From Octopus vulgaris (Eukaryota): DNA of 64,000 nucleotides. Positions 1 to 13,138 of the stretch are shown here, in pieces (within the stretch, counting starts at the first letter, position 1; each line of letters begins with the position of its first letter). A model generated the notes under the pieces. That model saw nothing but the letters and a program-made list of their open reading frames with translations, ran no database searches and was not told where the DNA came from. The translations under genes and the position numbers were made by a program. The stretch covers positions 34,658,001-34,722,000 of the forward strand of contig OX597837.1 in the NCBI GenBank assembly GCA_951406725.2. Reading direction: 5' to 3'.

Positions 1-300
1 TATATATATATATATATATATATATGTAAATATATATATATATATATATATGTAAATATATATATATGCATCTATATATATGTATGTATATATATATATA
101 TATATGTATTTATATATATACGTGTGTATTTATATATATATACATGCATTTATATATATACATGTATTTATATATATACATGTATTTATATATATATGTA
201 TTTATATATATTTGTATTTATTTATATATATATATATATACATGTATTTATGTGTATATATATATATATATAAATATATATATATGTATTTATATATATA
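1..300. repeat. Degenerate (TA)n microsatellite
   Basis: Near-continuous TA dinucleotides with recurring CATGTATT interruptions. Confidence 0.95.
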
Positions 301-869
301 ATTTAAATAATTTGGGAGAAACAAATTTCCAAATCAATCAGGTACAACCCTTTAGCATTACATACACCTGCATATCACACAGTGGGGCCTTGATTATCAT
401 ATATTTATATATTTATCTTGAAATATACAAAATGTTTAATAGATGTGCGGGTATTCTTTTTCAGATAATAGAAAAAAAAATAACTGAATGAGTATATCTG
501 AAGGTAAACTCCATATGAAGGTAAGCATACATATATATGTATACACACACGTGTACTTATAAATGCTGTGTTGTTGAGAAGGTAATATCAGGAGTCTCTG
601 CTTCTAGGTTTGATCCCCATGCACACTCTATATCACACTCTATATCACAACTTCCATGGGTTGACCAATGTCCCATGAATGATGGAGATGGAAACTCATT
701 GACGTGTGTGGGTGTTTACTCATTGTGTAGGCAGTGTGTGTGTCTGTGTGTGTGTATACACATGTATGTTGTTAACCTATTGAATGTGTGTGCATGTACA
801 CACTTGCATGGTTTACTTATGTATGTGTACTGTGTGTATGTCAACACACATATATATATATATATATAT

Positions 870-1206
870 TTATTCCTCCTGGTTTCCTTGCCGATGAGAC
901 GAACCAATGGTAGATCGACTTAATTTAATTTAATTTAATTAGGCTGGTTTGCCATAAATTACGTTGAAACAATGCATTGTCCAAGGATGATTAAGGTAAA
1001 TGTTTTTGATTTTCCTGTAATTTCTGAATTACTACTATTTAGCGGTTTGAGTATGGCTGCTCTTTCTAGTGAGACGAATGGCCTACCAGGGTCATTCCTT
1101 TATATTGTTGAATTTATATATATATAGTCTGCGACTATTTTCTCTTTCTCACTGGACCGCTGGTGGCAAAAAAATTTCTATTGAATTTTTTGCTACCCTA
1201 TATTGA

Positions 1207-1207
<1 letters not shown>
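870..1207 (+). mobile_element. Probable Penelope-like (PLE) terminal-repeat fragment
   Basis: Complex sequence carrying the hammerhead motif, bounded by (TA)n on both sides. Confidence 0.35.
885..987 (+). ncRNA. Type I hammerhead-ribozyme-like motif with extended stem II
   Basis: TCCTTG-CCGATGA-GACG..(60 nt hairpin)..CGTT-GAAA-CAATGCATTG-TC-CAAGGA: stems I, II and III all pair; GUC cleavage triplet; core has C at U4. Confidence 0.7.
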
Positions 1208-1252
<45 letters not shown>

Positions 1253-2089
1253 TTTTTATCGTATATTAAACTTTTTAATACTTTTTGATAGTTATATTTA
1301 ATAAAAATAAAAAAAAAATTTTTTAATTTATAAACATAAATTAATAATTTTAATTTTAAATTTAAATAATTTAAATTTTAAATTTTATATTTTATATATT
1401 TTGTAATTTATATTAATTATTTTTATTTTTATGTTTTAGTTTATGTTTTTCATTGTTTGATTTGCCTAATAGTAGTTTTATCTCTAATTTATATATATAT
1501 ATATATGTATGTATGTATATACACACATGCACATGCACCACACACACACACATATATATATACATATATTTACATGAATTTGAATATAAGGATGGTCATA
1601 GAGTGACCAATGATTTTGTATCCATAAAGTGCTCAGCTTTATAGACAACTTGTCAGTCTCCAAAGGCCGTGGTCATATAAATAACCTCTCTTCAAACTGG
1701 AGGTAGAAAACCATTGTGGTCAGTTAATTTTAAACAATAGAATACACACACACACACATATCCATATATATATATATATACATTCAGTGTATACATATAT
1801 ATATTATATACATACATATATATACATGAATACATACATATAAATAAATATATAATTATTATGCACATACATATTATATCCATACATATATATACATATA
1901 TATACATATATATATGTTATATACATACGTATATATATATATGAGCATGTGTGTGTGTGTGTGTGTGTATACGTGCACATTTATTTGAATAAATATGTGT
2001 TTTATGTATGTTGCTGATAATTTTTATTTTCCTTTTTAGTCAATTAGCAATTCCCGTAAACTAACCTAATTTTATACTTCCTGAATATT

Positions 2090-2090
<1 letters not shown>

Positions 2091-2130
<40 letters not shown>

Positions 2131-2498
2131 TATATACATATATCTATAAGATATATCACACACACACACACATATATATATGTATACACATGAAATATCA
2201 TGCATTACGCACACACATGCACACTCGTGTATATTAAAATTAGAAGTATAGGGTAGGAGCAATGTAGAGGAACTTTCTAAAAGTTTTCCCAGACTTGTAG
2301 GATTACAACTTATGCATAACCTGAGAGTATCGAAGCATTCAAAGACTAAAATTAAACGAATGTCTAATCTATCTTTCTCTCTCACTATATATATATATAT
2401 ATATACACATACATACATATATACATACATACACACATATATATATATATTACACACATACATACATATATATATACATATATATTACACACATACAC

Positions 2499-2545
<47 letters not shown>

Positions 2546-2720
2546 CATACATACACACATACATATATATATATATATATTACATACATACACACACACA
2601 TACATACATACATATATATATATATATACATACATACGTGTGTTTTTATGCACATAAAAAGAAATTAATCCATTGTGTAGAATATATAATTACAAGTCAT
2701 CACCAACATTACACACACAA

Positions 2721-2784
<64 letters not shown>

Positions 2785-2792
2785 ATGTATGT
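2091..2792. repeat. Compound TA/CA/TACA microsatellites with short unique spacers
   Basis: Directly visible. Confidence 0.85.
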
Positions 2793-3144
2793 ATAAAATA
2801 AATAGAAAAATTTATATAGTAAACAACTAAGAAACACTAAAAGTCCTCTACATTGTTGCTAGGTCTACAAGAAATAGCAACCAAATCTTCCTCAAATCCT
2901 GTACTAATCCACTTAAAAAAGTAAGGAAAGGCATGTTGCAGAACGTAATCCAAGATGCACTATGCATATAGACAAAAGATATGGTGTAAACAGGTGTCTT
3001 TGCACATTGGTCAGCTAAATGAAGACTGACCTGAGAGTAAACATAAACAACAGGCGGTGCTCCAGCATGGCCGCAGTCAAATTACTGAAACAAGTACAAA
3101 TAAAAAAAACTAAAAAAAAACAGCAGAGGACAAATAGATGGGTG

Positions 3145-3555
3145 GACAGAATTAACTCTAAGGAGCAATTAAAAGAAGAATGAAGACGACCAAGAAGAAG
3201 AGAGCATAATATTCTCCCATGGTTGGATAGTTGTGTGTTTTCAGAGCAGAAATACGGGGTTGTTGTGATCTTATAGAATAGGTCCGCTCTCTAGTCCTCA
3301 CTAAATGAAGGGGTTAAAAATAGGTGTATGTGTGTGTGTTTGTGTTAATCTGAATAAATATGCATTTTATGTATGTTTCCGACATTTTTCTTTTTTTTCA
3401 AATTCAGTCAATTAGCAATTCCGGTTAATGAACCTAATTTTATACTGCAGTAATTCTAGTATACATGTATACACTGATACATGCACATGTGTGTGTATGT
3501 ATGCATGGATAGATAGACAGATAGAGATGGTAACAGTTGTGTGTGCACATGTGTG

Positions 3556-3608
<53 letters not shown>

Positions 3609-4648
3609 TTCAAGTAGTAACTCTATAGAAAATAATGGTAGTTACCACCTCAACATAGTTGCTCCCATTGTTCTGTACAGGACTTTACGAGGGAACTATG
3701 AATTATATATATATATATATGTAGAGAGAGAGACACACACACACAGATATATATATATATGGAGAGAGAGAAAGAGAGAGATGTGTGTATGTTGATTTTC
3801 TTATCAGTTTCTGCTGCTTGTTTTTTGTTTGTTTTGTCAATTGACACCTACATGCTTAGGAATACGAGTGGAAAGAAGATTTTAGTCTGTTGACAGAGCT
3901 TAACGGTGAGTTGTCCACCTAGTTTTGTGGCCAAAGACCAGTCTGTCAGGTGCAATTGATATCCCCTGTCAGTGCTCTATGTATTGGACATGTATCTGGG
4001 GCACATGGGTAACAGTTATCTTGGGCGGCTGAGCTGGGGGTTAAACATAAACAACAAAACAGACAGAATTAACTCTAAGGAGCAATTAAAAGAAGAAAGA
4101 AGAATATGAAGAAGAAAAGAGCAAAATATTCTCCCATGGTTGGATAGTTGTTGTTTACAACATAGAAATGGAGTTATTTATTCCTCATTAAAATCTTTAG
4201 GTAAAACAACCGATGACAGGTGTGTGTGTGTGTTAGTCTCAATAATTATATACAGGTAGTTTTCCGACAATATTTTTTTGTTTGCAATTTGTTACCTAGT
4301 TTTAATTAATTGACCTAATTTTATATTGCAACATCAATGTACATGTATGTATGTACATATTGATTTTTTTTTTCCCAATCAATTTCTGTTACCTGTTTAA
4401 AAATTATACTTTATAATCAGGTGAGAGGGTTTCATGCACAAGTTCGATTTGAAAATCCAGTCGGTTTTCTATTTAATAAATTTACCTTATGGATATTGGG
4501 GTAATATTTTTGGGGGCTTACCTGGGGTTAAACAACAACAGAGGATAAATAGATGATGGGTGGACAGAATTAACTCTAAGGAGCAATTAAAAGAAGAAAG
4601 AAGAAGATAAAGAAGAAGAGAGCAAAATATTCTCCCATGGTTGGATAG
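3145..4648 (+). repeat. Three dispersed direct copies of an ~85-bp core (local triplication)
   Basis: GACAGAATTAACTCTAAGGAGCAATTAAAAGAAGAA...ATTCTCCCATGGTTGGATAG at 3145-3230, 4062-4147 and 4563-4648. Confidence 0.9.
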
Positions 4649-4767
4649 CTGTTGTTTTCAGCTTAGAGACGGGGTTGTTATGGGTTTCACAGAGCAAGTC
4701 TGCTCTCTACACTCTTCGGTAAAAACTGAATGGCAACAAATGATGAAGGGGTTTAAAACAAATGTGC

Positions 4768-4808
<41 letters not shown>

Positions 4809-5254
4809 GCGGTGTTTATCTCTTAAAACTCCACTTTCATATACCACAGTAATTCACAAATTAATTGATTAGAAAAGAAAGAGGGATGATGTATATGAGA
4901 GTAATTAATTAGTAAGATGATGACGACAATAATAATAATAACAATAATGAACATAATAATGATGAAGATGATGATGATGATGATGATGCTCAGGCAAGAG
5001 GTGTCATATGATGAATGCGGGAGAAACGTGTATATCTCTCAGAAATCAGAATCTGTTTCTGCGTGACGTGTTAAAAAACATAAATAACAAGAAAACTGGC
5101 ATCAACAATACAACAAAAATAAAAATACAAACACAAACATCACCACATACAAATTCATGTTGTAGAAATAATTTAATCCTAATTTCTTCAATTACCTTTT
5201 CTCTACCTTCTTTTATATTTAATTTAATTTATTTCTAAGGTTTTACAAAAACAG

Positions 5255-5812
5255 AAGGTAAGGCATGGCCAGTCTTACATTAAGCTGGTTATAACATCCA
5301 AATAGGTAAGATGTGACAAGTCTTAGATTTGTCTTAGGTAGAATATGTCTAGTCTTATATGAGCTGATAGAAAGAGCTGGATATGAAAAATGTGACTAGT
5401 CTTAGTGAGATCTGAATAGTTAAGATCTGCCCAGTTTTAGATAAACAGAGTAAAATCTGAATAAGATATGACTAGTCTTAAATAAGCTGATAGTGAGACC
5501 TTGAGATCTAAATATGTACGATATGACTAGTCTTAGTAAAAGCTGAATAGGTAAGATCTTACTCGTCTTAGATTAATTGACAGTAAGATTTGAATGGGTA
5601 TGATATAATTAACCTTAAGTTGATAGCAAGACCCTAAGACTTGAGAAGTTACTATAATGACCAGTCTTAGTAAGATCTGAATAGGTAAAATCTGACTAGT
5701 CTTTAAAAATTAGCTGACAGTAAAATCTGAACAGATAAGATATGATTAATCTCAAATTAGCTAAATAGATATGATATGACGGGTCTTAAATTAATCAAAG
5801 TAAGACTTGAAT
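5255..5812. repeat. Degenerate minisatellite (~35-50 bp period)
   Basis: Recurring TAAGATCTGAATAGGTAAGATATGACTAGTCTTAG-like units. Confidence 0.8.
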
Positions 5813-5918
5813 GTAAATTAAAAAAACTTAAGATTTTCAGTTTAAAACAACAATAATGACAATAAGAAGAAGAAAAAGGAAGAAGTTGAAGAAGAATATT
5901 AAGAGAATTTCTTCTTAC

Positions 5919-6253
5919 ATGGACATTTTAACACTTAGAGTCAGTCAGCAGCTGAACGATAATTAGATCGGATGATATTGCAGAAGTTTTTCCTTTGAAT
6001 GACACCGTTCAACGAAGGAGATCAGTTCTAAACCAAGAGGTTGAAACAAGAATCTACTCTACACCACACACGGTACTAATAACTGTTCGGTACTGTACTG
6101 AACCGGTGCAAAGCTCCGGTAATAATGAACACAGAATGTAGCTTTGATAAGGTAAACTCTAGAGCCAGGAGGGGAGGTTTGACAATACCAGTAGTCACAG
6201 CAGTGGAAAGAGCAGCAGTGGCAGTGGTGGTAGAGCAGAAGTGCACAAACTGA
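5919..6253 (-). other. Candidate first exon (5'UTR plus ATG TCC AT, phase 2)
   Basis: Unique island; minus strand TCAGTT Inr-like motif at 6253-6248, no ATG for ~325 nt, then AAAATGTCCAT|GTAAGA donor. Confidence 0.4.
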
Positions 6254-6814
6254 TAATGAAAGTTTTGAAATAGTTCAAATTGGGAAACAAGTCTGAGTGA
6301 GGGAGTGACTGGAGAACATGGGGGGTGAGTGTGAATGTATGCATAAAATAATAGTATATATTATTTTTGTGAGCGCATTTTAAATATATATAAAATTTAT
6401 ATAGTGTGTGTGTGTGTGTGTGTGAGGAGAGAGAGAAAGAGAGAGGTGAGTTTGTGGTGTGTATATGGTTTTTGATTTTTGGCCTATTATTTTTCCTGAA
6501 ATAAATTTTTAGTCAATGCTGACCAACAACAACAACAACAACAATAATAATGCTAATAATGAAATTTAAGATATTTGTGCAAGTAAAACAAAAACAAAAA
6601 ATACTGCAAAAACAAGGATTGGTCAGGTGAAGGTTTTTTAAAAAAACACCAGAGTTTCAATACAGAGAACAACTGTAACTAAAAAAAATGTTTGTTCAAA
6701 TACTGAAAATGAAACACACTTTATCCGTTACATATATATATATATATACATACATATGTGTGTGTGTGTGTTTATGTATGCATGTATTTAGCTATCTACT
6801 TGTCTGTCTCTCCT

Positions 6815-6850
<36 letters not shown>

Positions 6851-7489
6851 GGGACATGGGTGTATATGAGTGTGAGTGTGTGTGTGCAACCGTATAAACA
6901 TGCACAAGTTTTACTCAGTGTGTATAATGAGAATAATAAAGAAGAAATACAGAATACAACAACACAAAAAAAAACGAGCAAAATTGCTGCCTAAAAACTT
7001 TGCAACTTCAGTGCTTGTGTGTGTGCGCGTGTGTGTGTGTGTGTGTGTTATGTTAGCATATACATAAAACTGGAAATAGAATCTTTCACAACGACAAAGC
7101 AAACATCATTGGGTAAAAAAGATGAATCAGCAAAGAACTCAATACATATGAGGAAGTGCAAAAAATATATTCAACAATTATGGTTGAAGGAATAACAGAA
7201 AGAAGCAGGAGGGAAACTGGGTGTGAATTACACGATATGAGTCAGTGGTTGTGATGGTGGTAGTTGGGTAATTCAACACACAAACTGTGTGCACTGATGT
7301 GTGTGGAAAAGGGCGCCAGATATGATATTTTCATTGGTCAATCAGGCTTTTTGTATGCTTGTTCCGGTTTGGTTTGGCCTAGCTACCACATGGATAGTGA
7401 CAACCCTAAAGAGTAATCCAAACTGTTGTTATGGTTTACAGATTCTTTTGTTTTATTTTTTTAGCACTGATCTTTATACATACATGTAT

Positions 7490-7520
<31 letters not shown>

Positions 7521-7524
<4 letters not shown>

Positions 7525-7606
7525 TCGATTCTATTACACCCTGAAAAAAATTATATATATGTATGTATATATATATATATATATTCTATTAGACCCTGAA
7601 AAAAAT

Positions 7607-7642
<36 letters not shown>

Positions 7643-7671
7643 CTTTGATTCTATTAGACCCTGAAAAAAAT

Positions 7672-7673
<2 letters not shown>
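7521..7673 (+). repeat. Three copies of TTCTATTA(G/C)ACCCTGAAAAAAATTA separated by (TA)n
   Basis: Directly visible. Confidence 0.85.
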
Positions 7674-7722
<49 letters not shown>

Positions 7723-7828
7723 TAGAAGGTGAGGATTGTTGAGGGGAAAATGAGAGAAAAAGCTGAATCTCGAAGATCAAAATAAATAGATGTGTGTATG
7801 TATATGTGTATATCTCTATCTATCTATC

Positions 7829-7877
<49 letters not shown>

Positions 7878-8349
7878 AGAGAGAGATGGGGGAAGGGAGG
7901 AAAGGAAAAAATACACAAGCTAATAAAAAGATAGGTAGTTATATAGGTAAATGGTCATGAAGACAGACATGTAGATAGACAGCAGATCAGGAAAATAAGT
8001 GTGTATGCATATGTTTGTGAGTGCATATACATATATATATATATATGTGTGTATGTGTGTGTATTGGAAACGCTGGGACTGAGTTGTTATGAGAGGAAGA
8101 ATACTGAGATTTCTTCCCCACAAAAATTCTTCAAAGGAAAGAAAGAAAAAAAAAGGAACAGAAAAACAAAAAAGTAAAAAAATCAAGGTAACTGAACAGA
8201 GGTGAACTGTAAAGGAAAGCGCAAGCAACCCTCTTGTAGATCAGGTCTTGAAGTTGAAGGGCATGGGAAGGAAAGTAACATGGCTTATATATATGTGTGT
8301 ATATATGTGTATACATAGCTATCTGTGTACTTAAGGGTATTGATCATCA

Positions 8350-9080
8350 TAGTGGTGGTGGTAGTGGTGGTAGTGGTGGTGACTGTAGTTGTAGTAATGA
8401 AGGGTGGTGGTAGTGGTGGAAGTAACAGTAGCAGTAGTGGTGGTGGTAGTGGTGGTGGTGGTAGTGGTGGTGGTGGTGGTAGTGGTGGTGGTGGTGTAGT
8501 GGTGGTGGTGGTGGTAGTGGTGGTGGTGAGTGGTGGTGGTGGTGGTGGTGGTGGTAGTGGTGGTGGTGAGAGTGGTGGTGGTGGTGGTAGTGATGGTGGT
8601 GGTAGTAGTGGTGGTGGTGAGAGTGGTGGTGGTGGTGGTAGTGATGGTGGTGGTGGTAGTGGTGGTGGTGAGAGTGGTGGTGGTGGTGGGTAGTGGTGGT
8701 GGTGGTGGTGGTGGTGGTGGAGTGGTGGTGGTAGTGATGGTGGTGGTGGTAGTGGTGGTGGTGGTGGTGGTGGTGGTGGTGGTGGTGGTGGTGGTGGTGG
8801 TGGTGGTGGTGGTGGTGGTAGTGATGGTGGTGGTGGTAGTGGTGGTGGTGAGAGTGGTGGTGGTAGTGGTGGTGGTGAGAGTGGTGGTGGTGGTGGTAGT
8901 GATGGTGGTGGTGATAGTGATGGTGGTGGTGGTAGTGGTGGTGGTGGTAGTGATGGTGGTGGTGGTAGTGGTGGTGGTGAGAGTGGTGGTGGTAGTGATG
9001 GTGGTGGTGGTAGTGGTGGTGGTGAGAGTGATGGTGGTGGTGGTGATAGTGATGGTGGTGGTGGTGGTGAGAGTGGTAGT
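8350..9080. repeat. Long (GGT)n-based compound microsatellite
   Basis: GGT/AGT/GAT triplets with recurring GAGAGT; source of the poly-P/T/V/G ORFs. Confidence 0.95.
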
Positions 9081-9315
9081 ATTGGTGATGGGAATAATGA
9101 ATGGCAGTGCAGATGGTGCAACCACCGTGGCCGTGGCAGCAGAGATAGAAACATTAGCAGTTGAAATGATGACGATGATGACGATGATGACGATGATGAT
9201 GATGATATTCATTCATTCTTGTCATTGTCGCAAAGACAATGAAAATACGAAACATTTAAACATTAAAGTAAAGACATACGAAACACAATATACTTCTAAT
9301 GAAAGCATGCAGTTA

Positions 9316-9650
9316 GTGTGTGTGTGTGTGCATGCAAGAGTGTGTGTGTGTGTGTGTGTGTGCAAGTGAGTGTGTGTGTGCGTGCAAGAGAGTGTGTGTG
9401 TGTGCGTGCAAGAGAGTGTGTGTGTGTGCGTGCAAGAGAGTGTGTGTGTGCGTGCAAGAGAGTGTGTGTGTGCGTGCAAGAGAGTGTGTGTGTGTGTGCG
9501 TGCAAGAGAGTGTGTGTGTGTGCGTGCAAGAGAGTGTGTGTGTGTGCGTGCAAGAGAGTGTGTGTGTGTGCGTGCAAGAGAGTGTGTGTGTGTGCGTGCA
9601 AGAGAGTGTGTGTGTGTGTGCGTGCAAGAGAGTGTGTGTGTGTGTGTGTG
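9316..9650. repeat. ~20-24 bp minisatellite (GT)nGCGTGCAAGAGA
   Basis: More than 10 tandem units. Confidence 0.95.
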
Positions 9651-9749
9651 TAATATAAGTGGCAGCCATTAATCATAGTCGTTGCTGGTGTCATGTACGT
9701 GGCACTCACCCATGAATTGTAGTTGTGGTCATCGTTAGTATCATGTAAA

Positions 9750-9912
9750 TGGCACAGGTGCTGGTGGCACATAAAAACTCCCGTTATACCCTGGGAGTGG
9801 TTGGTGTTAGGCGGGGCATCCAGCTGTAGAAGCCATGCCAGTCAAACCGCCTAACCCATGCCAACATGGCGAGCAGCCATTAAATGATGATGGTGATGAT
9901 GATGATGATGAT
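9750..9912 (+). mobile_element. Family D short element (RTE-type tail), decayed
   Basis: GGAGTGGTTGGTGTTAGG..GGCATCCAGCTGTAGAA..AACCCATGCCAACATGG..(GAT)n. Confidence 0.65.
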
Positions 9913-10334
9913 AATAGTCAATATAAATGGTAGTTGGTCGGTTGATTGGTAGATTTTTCCAGTCACACTTTAAATCATATAGTAAAAGGAGGAAAGAGAG
10001 AGAGAGAGAGAGACTAAAAGAAAGATACAGAACAAGTTGAGGTAAGAGGTGCAGGATGAGGGCACATACTAGGCTTGGTGCAGGCAATGAGTGAAAAAAC
10101 ACTATACACACAGTGTATATGATAAAGAATCACAGAGGAGGAGGAGGAAATGAGAGAGCAGTTATGGAAAGGTGTTAAACAAATGAAAAACTTGTTTTAA
10201 TTTTATTTTAAGGTAAGAAATATTTTTCGCTTAGTATTCATTTCATTATGTTGTATAAGCACCAAGAAATCTGATAAAAATTGATCATATACACTATTCT
10301 ATATATCTATACATCCATATAGATTAAGCATACC

Positions 10335-10477
10335 TATTTCTTTATTACCCACAAGGGGCTAAACATAGAGGGGACAAACAAGGACAGACATAGGTATTAA
10401 GTCGATAACATCGACCCCAGTGCGTAACTGGTACTTAATTTATCTACCCCGAAAGGATGAAAGGCAAAATCAACCTT
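10335..10477 (-). mobile_element. SINE family B, 5'-truncated, with 17-bp TSD
   Basis: Matches 3' half of the 34541-34774 copy; TATAGATTAAGCATACC at 10318-10334 and 10478-10494. Confidence 0.9.
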
Positions 10478-10523
10478 TATAGATTAAGCATACCATAAAC
10501 TACACTGGCACAACATGGGCATG

Positions 10524-10555
<32 letters not shown>

Positions 10556-10861
10556 CAGTGGTATACACACCATCTCATCTGAAATCTAGAAACATATCTC
10601 TAACCTATTACCCCTTAGTACAATTCATCACACCCTAACACACCACACAAATACACTGCACATAGGGAGCCCTCTTCAACAAGACGCACAACCTACACAT
10701 CAAACCACACAGAAACCAAAACCAATATCATGAGCTTCTCACTTCACACCCCCACCTTCTCTCCCTTGCTATTCTTCTCCACCTTCTTTTTCACTTTCCC
10801 TCTTAATTTTTCTAACCAATTCTCATTCTCTCATTACTCTTTTCTTGATTTCATCTCATTG

Positions 10862-11468
10862 TAGTTAGTTAGTTAGTTAGTTAATTAGTTAAGTTTTTGG
10901 CTCAAAAAGCAAAAAAGCAAGGCCATGTAGGAGGACATAGAGTTATGTACAGGGTGGTTTTCATGTAAAGAGTTCAGGCCACATGAGGTCAAGGGAGACT
11001 TTGAACCGAGCGGTCATCGGCATCCTCACCATCTCGTCCGGCAGCTTATTCCACGGATCCACAACCCGGACGGAGAAAGCCCCTCTCCTTCGATTGAGAT
11101 GAAATCGTTGCAGATAGAGCTTTTCGGAATGACCACGCAGCCAACACTCTGGAGCAGGAGTGAAGAACAGCTCTTTCGAGAGGTTACACTTTCCGCTTAT
11201 GATGTTGTGAGTGAGAATGAGATCACCATGGCGTCGTAGTTTTTCTAGAGAATAAAGGTCGAGCGTCTTCAGCCTTTCTTCATAAGACAAATTCTTGAGA
11301 CCAAGAACCATGTGGGTAGCCAGCTTCTGGACTCTTTCAAGATGCTGTATGTCTTTGAGGAGATAAGGAGAAGAGGCTTGAATCCCGTACTCCAATATGG
11401 GTCTCACCAGCATGACATAGAGCGGTAGGAATATGACTGCTGTGAGCATTCCGAATGACCGTTGAATC
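10862..11468 (-). mobile_element. CR1-clade LINE 3' fragment (ORF2 C-terminus, short-repeat tail)
   Basis: ORF 10961-11488: LYVMLVRPILEY..LERVQKLAT..LSYEERLKTLDLYSLEK..GDLI..RGHS.KL..FSVRVVDPWNKLP; (AACT)n 3' tail. Confidence 0.9.
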
Positions 11469-11817
11469 AACCCAGATTGTGCCTCCACTTCCAGCCATCC
11501 TTACCTATACTAGTTTTCATTCTACCTGAGATTTGCTATGTGAACAGAGGTCTTCTCTCTTTCTCCTGACTCTCAACTCACTTTTCCATTCTTTTTCCTT
11601 CTCTATGACAAAGGGTACCACCCAATACACTAGATTGTCTTCTGTTTCTTCCTTTGGTGTATTCAGCTTCATTGCACACATCTTTGGTTGTTGTTATTTT
11701 GCTTTATATTTCTACACTTTTTAAACACAAGCTTTTACTTGTCTCTGTAGTATTTTTTGTTCAGTAGCGCCCTCTTTGGCTTTTTTTACTCACTTATCTG
11801 TGAGTATGCACACACAG

Positions 11818-11866
<49 letters not shown>

Positions 11867-11900
11867 TATATATATACATATATGTGTATATGTTTATGTG

Positions 11901-11949
<49 letters not shown>

Positions 11950-12179
11950 GTATATATGCATGAACACACATGTAAATGCCAATACACACTAACACCATTT
12001 GTATGTTTTTATTTATAGCTTAAAAGCTATACCTATATATTACAGTATGTACACCCACACCCCTATACAATTACATAATGAATGTGTCGTACCAAACAAA
12101 TACTGTCCTTTAGAATACAACAATGATAAAGTGGCCTTTTTGTCTTGCATGTCCGTGGACAATCAACATAAGTTAATAT

Positions 12180-12214
<35 letters not shown>

Positions 12215-12407
12215 GTTGTGGAGAGACAGAGAGAAGGGATAGTCTACATTTGGAGCAAATGAAGAATAGAACCGCAATAAATGGTCTGTTTTGTTCTGTC
12301 ATGTACCAAAGAATGTCCTTAATAACCACCCCATCACTGCCACTGCCACAAGTGCATTACTACGTCTTGCAATTCCTCGACATTAACATTCCAATTCCAT
12401 ATTGCAA

Positions 12408-12445
<38 letters not shown>

Positions 12446-13138
12446 GCACACAAATTACAAAGTGAAACAAAGACAGCACCTCTATGTGGTTTCACAGAGT
12501 TTTAGAAATAACAGCCGAATCTCCGGAAATCTCCACAAAGATTATCATTTGCTGAAGAGCTTCCTCAAATTTCTAACCCTAATCCCTAACCCTAACAGAC
12601 ACAATAGTAATGGCTGGAAACCTATAGATCATAGGTGTGTCTCAAGTAGGATTAAACTGGGACTAAGCAACAACAACAACAACAACAACACACATACACT
12701 CCTTTACTGTTATAACACATCTGGTATCAAAACAGGTCTCAAATATCATTATTAACTCTTTCTACTTCTTTCTACTTCTTGCGTTGACCTAATAATGTTG
12801 AGTGTGAATGTATCCTGCCTTGATTTCTTTTCTCTTCTCTCACTCACAAACTAATCTTTTCATACACTCTCTCTTTCTCTCTATACATACATATGTACAT
12901 ATACAGGGTGGGCTAAAAATCACACACAAAATAAATTCGATACGCTTTAGACTTGTCAGACATGCTTCAATTTTTCTCAAATGGAATGAAATAAATGAAA
13001 TACCAATAAACACACAGGTACTTGAATGTGACGAACAAACTGAATAATAAGAATACAGTACAAATAAACTGTCCAACTGATACCAGCATCGAAAGCAGAC
13101 ATTAAACAACAACGCCGATGATGATGATGATTATATAT

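Noticed and set aside
2230-2375. TA-bounded insert with GAAA plus stem on the minus strand
   Set aside because: No CUGANGA-like core or stem I found, so not counted as a hammerhead
66-2668. YI/HT/CV-repeat ORFs here and throughout the window
   Set aside because: Dinucleotide microsatellites lack stop codons; not protein-coding
8285-9369. Long poly-Pro/Thr/Val/Gly ORFs (extensin-, mucin- or formin-like)
   Set aside because: Translations of a (GGT)n microsatellite, open on both strands, with no splice or codon evidence
12574-12595. CTAACCCTAATCCCTAACCCTAAC telomere-like words
   Set aside because: Only about three units inside an old family G repeat; not an interstitial telomere array
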